Assembly (NCBI GenBank): GCA_046299715.1 | Contig: JBKBHU010000007.1 | Location: forward strand, 123,464 to 155,463 | DNA: 32,000 bases | Source of the DNA: Tepidisphaerales bacterium | Lineage (GTDB): Bacteria; Planctomycetota; Phycisphaerae; Tepidisphaerales; Tepidisphaeraceae | Direction: 5' to 3' | In this document: piece after piece, positions 25,869-32,000 of the stretch | Numbering within the stretch: position 1 is the first letter of the stretch | Layout of the letters: each line of letters opens with the position of its first letter | Notes under the pieces: model-generated | Seen by the model: the letters and a program-made list of their open reading frames with translations, nothing else | What the model was told of the DNA's origin: nothing | Databases searched by the model: none | Made by a program: the position numbers and the translations under genes

Positions 25869-26749
25869 CCCGTGGGCGTCGCGCCGACCGCACCGAGCCA
25901 TTCGCCGGTGAACACTTCCGTCGCCGGCCCGGTCATCCGGACGCGATTGTCCTCCCGCCACTCCAGCAGCAGGTCCCCGCCGGGCAGCCGGGCACGCACG
26001 CGGCGGCCGGTGCGGCCGGTCAGCGCGCCGCAACAGGCCACCGCACTGGCCCCCGTCCCGCAGGCCAGAGTGATCCCACTGCCCCGCTCCCACGTCCGCA
26101 TGACCACCTCGTTGCGGGAGACGACCTGGGCGAAGTGGATGTTCGCCCGTTTAGGAAACGCCGGGTGCCGCTCCAGCGATGGACCGTACCGCTCCAGCGG
26201 AACCGACGCCACATCGTCCACGAACAGCACGGCGTGCGGGTTGCCCGTTGACGCGAACACCGCGGCGGCCGAATCGTCCCACGCGCCGAACGCGGGCAGG
26301 CGGTATTCGTGAGGCCGCCCCGTGGCCACCACCTGCCCCGCATCCACGGGCACACCGCCCAGCTCGAAGACCGGCTCGCCCATGTCCACCGTCACCTCGC
26401 TCACCTTCCCGTCGCCGCCCAGCAGCAGGTCGAGCGTCAGCACGCCCCGCCCGGTCTCGACCCGGAGCGGGTTGTTGCGGCACAGCCCGTGGTCGAAAAC
26501 GTACTTGGCCACGCAGCGGATGCCGTTGCCGCACATCTCCCCCTCACTGCCGTCGGCATTGAACATCCGCATGCGGCAGTCGGCCCCGGCCACCGTGGGG
26601 GGAAGGATGAGGATCAGCCCGTCCGAGCCGATGCCGAAATGCCGGTCGGCGACCAGCCGGGCCACCGCGGGCGGGTCGTCCACCTGCTCGAGGAAACCGT
26701 TCACATAGACATAGTCGTTGCCCAGCCCGTGCATCTTCGTGAAGCGCAT
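25856..26749 (-). CDS. dapF: Diaminopimelate epimerase
   Basis: 'MRFTKMHGLGNDYVYVNG', 'FNADGSEGEMCGNGIRCVAKY', 'GNPHAVLFV', 'RTWERGSGITLACGTGASAVA'. Confidence 0.95.
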   Translation of the reverse strand: MRFTKMHGLGNDYVYVNGFLEQVDDPPAVARLVADRHFGIGSDGLILILPPTVAGADCRMRMFNADGSEGEMCGNGIRCVAKYVFDHGLCRNNPLRVETGRGVLTLDLLLGGDGKVSEVTVDMGEPVFELGGVPVDAGQVVATGRPHEYRLPAFGAWDDSAAAVFASTGNPHAVLFVDDVASVPLERYGPSLERHPAFPKRANIHFAQVVSRNEVVMRTWERGSGITLACGTGASAVACCGALTGRTGRRVRARLPGGDLLLEWREDNRVRMTGPATEVFTGEWLGAVGATPTGHSR

Positions 26750-26800
26750 GGCCGGGCATGCTACGCGTGCCGCCTACTCGGCTTAGGACGCCCGCCGGCA

Positions 26801-27661
26801 TCACTTGGCGAGCGTGGCGATCACCCGCCAGAACTGGTGTGGCGAGAGCCGCCGCTTCGTCCGCCGTTCGAAAGCGTCGCGGAGGGCTTCCAGCTCGGGC
26901 GTGTACGGGAGCCGGTCCCGCCGGCCCATGGCCGGGCCGAGCAGCGTGCGGACGACCTCCCGCTCCTCCGCGGCCAGCCGCGGCGGCCGGCTTCGACTTC
27001 GGCCCATCGGCGGCAGTTTGCCCGCCTTGCGCAGCCGCAGAAGGTGCGTCCACACCACCGACCTTTCCGGCGGCCGCTCGAAAGCCGCCGCGTAGCCGTC
27101 GTAGATCAACTCGAAATGGTGGGTGTAGGGAAGGTCATCGGCCGTCCGTCCGGCCGTCTGGTACAGCCTCACCAGCAGCTCGGGCTTCGGCTTGACCTGC
27201 TCCTCGACCACGTCACTGCCGCCGAAGAGCCCGGCAGGCATGCCCACGGGCACCGCCGGACTCCCGCCAGCAGGGGCCGGCCCGGCCCGATCGTCGCTCG
27301 CTCCAGGCGCATCGCTTCCCGCTGCCCCGGGCGTTCGCTCGACCAGATGCCACACGTGCCCGAAGGCGTCCCGCACCGACGCCCGCAGTCCCCGGCCCGT
27401 CGGCCGCGGCGGGCTCTTGAACGTCAGCTTGAGCTTTTCCCGCTCGCCATGCGCACGTCGTAGCCCCGACGCCTTGAACGACACCTCCATCGCCGGCAAA
27501 TCCGGCGAATCGTGAAGGACCAGCTCGGCCTCCCCGAGAGCGAACGCGGCGGCGTGCCCTTCCCTTCGGAGCAGTCGCAGCCCCAATACCTCTCCGTAAT
27601 ACCGCACGCCGGCCGCCAGCGTCGGCACCCGCAGCAGCACCCGGTCAACCCCGTCGAGCAT
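26801..27661 (-). CDS. VOC (glyoxalase/bleomycin-resistance) domain protein with uncharacterised C-terminal domain
   Basis: N-terminal 'VDRVLLRVPTLAAGVRYYGEVLGLRLLRREGHAAAFALGEAELVLHDSPDLP' and 'SVRDAFGHVWHLVER', followed by a Gly/Pro linker and about 120 aa of charged C-terminal domain. Confidence 0.7.
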   Translation of the reverse strand: MLDGVDRVLLRVPTLAAGVRYYGEVLGLRLLRREGHAAAFALGEAELVLHDSPDLPAMEVSFKASGLRRAHGEREKLKLTFKSPPRPTGRGLRASVRDAFGHVWHLVERTPGAAGSDAPGASDDRAGPAPAGGSPAVPVGMPAGLFGGSDVVEEQVKPKPELLVRLYQTAGRTADDLPYTHHFELIYDGYAAAFERPPERSVVWTHLLRLRKAGKLPPMGRSRSRPPRLAAEEREVVRTLLGPAMGRRDRLPYTPELEALRDAFERRTKRRLSPHQFWRVIATLAK

Positions 27662-27789
27662 GCCCGTAGGGTAAATCGGCCCTGTGGACGCTGTCGTGGT
27701 CGGCCGGACACGACCGTTTCAAAGCCCGCCGCCCGGGGCCGTAGACTTGGGCAACCCCAACGACATGGGCTTCCCCGCGGGCGACGACC

Positions 27790-28767
27790 ATGGCCAGGCA
27801 GCTCAAACCGGTCTACGCACTCGTCGGCGACGATTCGTTTCTCCAGATGGAGACGATCGCGGAGATCGACCGCCAGCTCGACGACGCCCAGCGAAGTACC
27901 TTCGACGGCGAGCAGGCCCAGCTCCCCGACGTGCTCGACGAGGTGCGCAGCTTCTCGATGTTCGGCGGCGGCAAACTGGTGATCGTCCGCTCGGCCGATG
28001 AGTTTGTCAGCCGCTATCGCGAAGGGCTGGAGCGGTTTTGCCAGAGCCTTGCCGACTCGGGCGACGCCGGCACTTCGGTGCTGGTGCTACGCCTGTCATC
28101 GCTGCCCGCCAACACGCGCCTGCACAAGCTGATCGCCAGGGTCGGGGAGGTCGTCAAGTGCGAGCCGCCGCGAATGGCCGAGCTGCCGGCGTGGATCGTC
28201 CGCCGGGCGCGAAGCATGCACCGCGTGGACATCGCTCAGGACGCGGCCCTGCAACTGGCCGACCTCATCGGCTCTGACCTCGGCCGTCTCGACGCCGAAC
28301 TCGCCCGGCTGGTGCTCATGCTCCCCGACCCGCCCGCCCCGCAGGTCATCACCACCGAGCTCGTTCGGGCGAGCGTGGCGTTCCAGCGCGAGCAGGAGGT
28401 GAAGGAGGTCGTGGCCCTGCTCGCCCGCGGCCGCGTGGCCGACGCCCTGCACCGCTGGCGGCAGCTGCTCACCACCGACGCCGCCGCGGAGTACAAGGCG
28501 ACGACATGGCTGATGCTCTGGCTCGAGCGCGCCCGCAGCGCACTGGACCTCAAGGAGAAAAGTGCGCCACCTCAGATGCTCAGCCGGGCGACGTGGATCA
28601 GCGACCCGGTCGAGCTGCGCGAGTTCATGTCGGTGGCCACCCGGCTCGGCCGTGGCGGGGTCACCCGGCTGCTCAAGCAGCTCGCCGAGCTCGACCGCCG
28701 CATCAAAAGCGGTCTAGGCGAACCCGCCGTGCTCATCGAACGCTTCATCGCCACGGCCCTGACCTGA
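27790..28767 (+). CDS. holA: DNA polymerase III subunit delta
   Basis: 325 aa: 'LKPVYALVGDDSFLQMETIAEI', 'LPDVLDEVRSFSMFGGGKLVIVRSADEFV', 'LADLIGSDLGRLDAELARL', C-terminal 'LLKQLAELDRRIKSGLGEPAVLIERFI'. Confidence 0.88.
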   Translation: MARQLKPVYALVGDDSFLQMETIAEIDRQLDDAQRSTFDGEQAQLPDVLDEVRSFSMFGGGKLVIVRSADEFVSRYREGLERFCQSLADSGDAGTSVLVLRLSSLPANTRLHKLIARVGEVVKCEPPRMAELPAWIVRRARSMHRVDIAQDAALQLADLIGSDLGRLDAELARLVLMLPDPPAPQVITTELVRASVAFQREQEVKEVVALLARGRVADALHRWRQLLTTDAAAEYKATTWLMLWLERARSALDLKEKSAPPQMLSRATWISDPVELREFMSVATRLGRGGVTRLLKQLAELDRRIKSGLGEPAVLIERFIATALT

Positions 28768-28854
28768 CCGCACGGCCGACGCGGCGCCGGGCGGCCGGCC
28801 GCGTCGCTCGTCCGCCCTTTTCTTCGCCCGCCACCACCGCCTACAACTCCCCCC

Positions 28855-29769
28855 ATGCCCAAGCCCGAGCTGCTTCCCATCGCCCTCACCCAGATGGCCT
28901 GCACGGACGACCCGAAGGCCAACCTCAAGCGACAGGTCGAGCTGGCCGACCGTGCCGCCCGCGAGGGGGCGAAGATCATCTGCACGCAGGAGCTCTTCCG
29001 CTCGCTGTATTTCTGCCAGTGCGAAGACCACCGGTTCTTCCAGCTCGCCGAGCCGATCCCCGGCCCGTCCACCGACGCGCTGGGCAAGGTCGCCCGCAAG
29101 CACAAGGTGACGATCGTCGCCTCGCTCTTCGAGCGCCGGGCCGCCGGGCTGTACCACAACACCGCCGCCGTGATCGACCCGAAGGGCAACGTCCAGGGCA
29201 TCTACCGCAAGATGCACATCCCCGACGACCCGCTGTACTACGAGAAGTTCTACTTCACCCCCGGCGACCTCGGCTTCCGGAGTTTCCGCACGCCCTACGC
29301 CACCATCGGCGTGCTCGTGTGCTGGGACCAGTGGTACCCCGAGGCCGCCCGCGCCACCTGCCTCACCGGTGCCGAAATCCTCTTCTACCCCACCGCCATC
29401 GGCTGGCACCCCTCGGAAAAACAGGAGTACGGCCACGCCCAGCACGAGTCGTGGGAGCTGATTCAGCGGTCGCACGCCGTGGCCAACGGCTGCTTCGTGG
29501 CCGTGCCCAACCGCATCGGCCGCGAACACGTCGCCGGGCCCGACGGCAAGCCCGTCTCGCGCGACGGCATCGAGTTCTGGGGACAGTCCTTCGTGGCCGA
29601 GCCCAACGGGCAGGTCCTCGCCAAGGCCCCGGCGGACCGCGAAACCGTTTTGCATGCCCGGCTCGACCTGAGCAAGGTGGAGTTCGCCCGCACCCACTGG
29701 CCCTTCCTGCGCGACCGTCGCATCGACGCCTACGGCACCCTCACCCGCCGCTTCGTGGACGCGAGCTAG
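28855..29769 (+). CDS. aguB: N-carbamoylputrescine amidase (nitrilase superfamily)
   Basis: 304 aa: 'KIICTQELFRSLYFCQCEDHRFFQLAEPIPGPST', 'YRKMHIPDDPLYYEKFYFTPGD', 'GVLVCWDQWYPEAARATCLTGAEILFYPTAIG'. Adjacent to aguA. Confidence 0.92.
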   Translation: MPKPELLPIALTQMACTDDPKANLKRQVELADRAAREGAKIICTQELFRSLYFCQCEDHRFFQLAEPIPGPSTDALGKVARKHKVTIVASLFERRAAGLYHNTAAVIDPKGNVQGIYRKMHIPDDPLYYEKFYFTPGDLGFRSFRTPYATIGVLVCWDQWYPEAARATCLTGAEILFYPTAIGWHPSEKQEYGHAQHESWELIQRSHAVANGCFVAVPNRIGREHVAGPDGKPVSRDGIEFWGQSFVAEPNGQVLAKAPADRETVLHARLDLSKVEFARTHWPFLRDRRIDAYGTLTRRFVDAS

Positions 29770-29855
29770 TCCCCCCGCGCCCCCCTGCCACCCCGTCCGC
29801 CCCCCCCCCCGCCCCCCGCCCCCCCGCCTGTCCTCCCCTGCCGCCCACCGCCACC

Positions 29856-30953
29856 ATGCCCAAGCCCCGCCTGCTCCCCGACACACCCGCCGCCCTGGGC
29901 TACAGCTTCCCCGCCGAGTGGACCCGCCACCGCGCGACGTGGTTCTCCTGGCCAAGGCCCGAAGGCATCTCCTTCCCCGGCAAGTACCACACGGTGCCCG
30001 AGGTGCTCTCGCGGATTTTCGCGGCCATCGCCCCGCGCGAGCCCGTCCACGTCAACGTGCCCAACCTCAACTACGAACACCTCGTCCGCCAGCAGCTCGT
30101 GGACTGCGGCTTCCCCCGGCGACTGCTCCCCCGCGTGCACTTCCATCACATCCCGACCAACGAGAACTGGTGCCGCGACCACGGCCCGGCCGTGGTCGTC
30201 CACCCCAGCGGCAAGGCCGCGATCGTGGACTGGGGCTTCAACGCCTGGGGCGGCAAGTACCCGCCCTACGACGCCGACGATGCCGTCCCCACGCGCATCG
30301 CAGAGGTCCTCGGCCTGCCCTTGTGCTACCCCGGCATCGTCATGGAAGGCGGCGCGATCGACGTCAACGGCGCCGGCACCCTGCTCACCACCACCGACTG
30401 CCTGCTCAACCCCAACCGCAACCCGGGCCTTTCAAGGGCCGAGATTGAACGCTACCTGCGCGACTACTACGGGCAGAAGCACATCTGCTGGCTCAGCGGC
30501 GGCATCGAGGGCGACGACACCGACGGCCACGTGGACGACCTCGCCCGCTTCATCTCGCCCCGCAAAGTCGTCATCGCACTGGAAGACGACCCCGCCGACG
30601 CCAACTACCGCCCTCTCCGCAGGGCGAGAAAACAGCTCGAAACCCTGCGCGACCAGGACGGCCGGCCGTTCGAGATCGTCGAACTCCCCATGCCCCGCCC
30701 CGTCGTCCACGACGGCCAGCGGCTCCCCGCCACCTACGTCAACTTCTACTTCGTGAACGGGGCACTGCTGGTGCCCACCTACCGCGACCGCCGAAACGAC
30801 CGCCGTGCCGTTGAAACCCTGCAGGCCCACCTGCCCCGGCATGAGGTCATCGGCATCGACTGCACCGAGCTGATCTGGGGGCTGGGCGCCATCCACTGCC
30901 TCACCCAGCAGATTCCCGCCTACCGCATACCCCAGCCCCGCCGACGCCGCTGA
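29856..30953 (+). CDS. aguA: Agmatine deiminase
   Basis: MPKPRLLPDTPAALGYSFPAEWTRHRATWFSWP, 'NENWCRDHGPAVVV', 'IVMEGGAIDVNGAGTLLTTTDCLLNPNRNP', catalytic 'GLGAIHCLTQQIPAYR'. Start chosen inside the inflated ORF 28506..30953. Confidence 0.9.
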   Translation: MPKPRLLPDTPAALGYSFPAEWTRHRATWFSWPRPEGISFPGKYHTVPEVLSRIFAAIAPREPVHVNVPNLNYEHLVRQQLVDCGFPRRLLPRVHFHHIPTNENWCRDHGPAVVVHPSGKAAIVDWGFNAWGGKYPPYDADDAVPTRIAEVLGLPLCYPGIVMEGGAIDVNGAGTLLTTTDCLLNPNRNPGLSRAEIERYLRDYYGQKHICWLSGGIEGDDTDGHVDDLARFISPRKVVIALEDDPADANYRPLRRARKQLETLRDQDGRPFEIVELPMPRPVVHDGQRLPATYVNFYFVNGALLVPTYRDRRNDRRAVETLQAHLPRHEVIGIDCTELIWGLGAIHCLTQQIPAYRIPQPRRRR

Positions 30954-31003
30954 CCCTGGACGCGGCCCAGCGAGCACGCGACGGTTCGTCCGGGCCCGGG
31001 CCC

Positions 31004-31549
31004 TCACGCCCGGAACGACGGCATCCAGTGGTAGAGCATGAAGTAGACGATCACGCCGGTCACCGAGACGTAGAACCAGACGAACCACGTCGGCTTGGCG
31101 ATCCTGCGGTGCCTGGCCCACTGCCGCCGGTAGGCGTGCCAGACGGCCATGAAGATCATGGGCAGCATCCCGACGGCGGCGATCAGATGCGGGATGAGCA
31201 CCGCCAGATACAGCCCCCGGGCCCAGCCCGGCACGGCGTCGCCCCCCATCATCCCCGTGGTCACCTCGCCGTAAAGCCACTTGCTGTACAGATACGACAG
31301 CAGGAACACCGCCGAGACCACCAGCGCCGAGACCATCAGCGTCCCGTGCGCCCGGTATTGCCGGCGCTTGATCATCACCAGCGCCGCCACCAGCAGCACG
31401 GTGGCCAGGCCGTTGAGTGCTGAGTTGAACGCCGCGAACGCCAGCTTGCCGTCCGAAATGAGCGGCGTCTCCGCCGCCGCCAGCGCCAGCCGCGTCATCG
31501 CGTTCGACACACCCTCCGCCACCGATGCACCCGGACCGTCGCTGGTCAT
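31004..31549 (-). CDS. DUF420 family membrane protein
   Basis: 'FAAFNSALNGLATVLLVAALVMIKRRQYRAHGTLMVSALVVSAVFLLSYLY', 'LIPHLIAAVGMLPMIFMAVWHAYRRQWARHRRIAKPTWFVWFYVSVTGVIVYFMLY'. ORF extends to 31588. Confidence 0.85.
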   Translation of the reverse strand: MTSDGPGASVAEGVSNAMTRLALAAAETPLISDGKLAFAAFNSALNGLATVLLVAALVMIKRRQYRAHGTLMVSALVVSAVFLLSYLYSKWLYGEVTTGMMGGDAVPGWARGLYLAVLIPHLIAAVGMLPMIFMAVWHAYRRQWARHRRIAKPTWFVWFYVSVTGVIVYFMLYHWMPSFRA

Positions 31550-31637
31550 CGCGCCTCTCTCTCTGTCCCCGATTGACCCCGAAACCACCCGCGCCCCGCC
31601 CGGCGTCCCCCGCCGGGCCGGGACCGGCCAGCTGCCG

Positions 31638-32000
31638 TCACTTCAGCTCGGCCAGCCGGCGCGAATCCTCCCGGAGCCGCGCCATCGCGTTGTCGTCCTT
31701 CGTGTCGTAGAGCCCGCGCACCCGTCCGCGCGCGTCCACCAGAATGAACTGGTCCGAATGCGGGAGCAGCGCCATCGGGTCGGTCTCCACCTGCGTGTTC
31801 GGCTCGTTGTTGCGCGGGTCCGCGGCCGGCCGGGGCAGACGCACCCCGAAGCCGCGCTCGACCGCGATCATCTGCTCCTTGGTCCCGGTGAGGAACCACC
31901 ACCGGCCCGGGTCCGCCCTGAACCGCGACAGGTACTCCTTGAGCACCTCCGGCGTGTCCCGCTCGGGGTCCACCGTGAAGCTCACCAGCTTGATCCGCTT
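31638..32000 (-). CDS. SCO1/SenC family protein, truncated by right window edge
   Basis: Reverse strand reads 'KLVSFTVDPERDTPEVLKEYLSRFRADPGRWWFLTG...DQFILVDARGRVRGLYD' in an open frame to the edge. No methionine start falls within the window. Confidence 0.85.
   Translation of the reverse strand, partial: KRIKLVSFTVDPERDTPEVLKEYLSRFRADPGRWWFLTGTKEQMIAVERGFGVRLPRPAADPRNNEPNTQVETDPMALLPHSDQFILVDARGRVRGLYDTKDDNAMARLREDSRRLAELK

Noticed and set aside
28506-29855. N-terminal 450 codons of ORF 28506..30953 upstream of aguA
   Set aside because: Overlaps holA and aguB in another frame with low-complexity sequence. Real aguA begins at 29856.
1-32000. CRISPR arrays, transposases, integrases, phage genes, toxin-antitoxin or defence modules
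   Set aside because: No regularly spaced repeats and no proteins with such signatures. The gene content is housekeeping and envelope related.

Overview
High-GC (about 70%) chromosomal window with a planctomycete-like gene complement, dense in housekeeping genes. I see no mobile element, CRISPR array or defence island. Left to right: a TIM-barrel sugar-phosphate isomerase (truncated by the window edge), a DUF1444-like protein, a Gfo/Idh/MocA oxidoreductase, dtd, an atypical mtaB, a PilM-led three-gene envelope cassette (5427-11749), an sdhB with no sdhA/sdhC next to it, psd-pssA, gltX, a PhoD-like phosphatase, a GT39-like membrane glycosyltransferase, smpB, tRNA-Leu(CAG), an amidohydrolase, a lipoprotein, a GNAT protein, thpR, mrp/apbC, a phospholipase-D/cardiolipin-synthase-like gene, dapF, a VOC-domain fusion, holA, aguB-aguA, a DUF420 protein and an SCO1/SenC fragment. 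The best candidate for something under-described is the PilM cassette. Its PilM-like protein carries a transmembrane segment and a large extracytoplasmic region. Two further single-pass membrane proteins follow, with Gly/Pro-rich inserts and a Pro-Trp motif shared between two of the genes. Smaller observations include a 13-codon upstream ORF overlapping the sdhB start in a region with several dyad symmetries, a hairpin covering the amidohydrolase start codon, a 4x15-bp in-frame repeat at a gene end, and a perfect 13-bp tandem duplication between mtaB and pilM. All identifications come from reading motifs by eye; no database search or computation was run.
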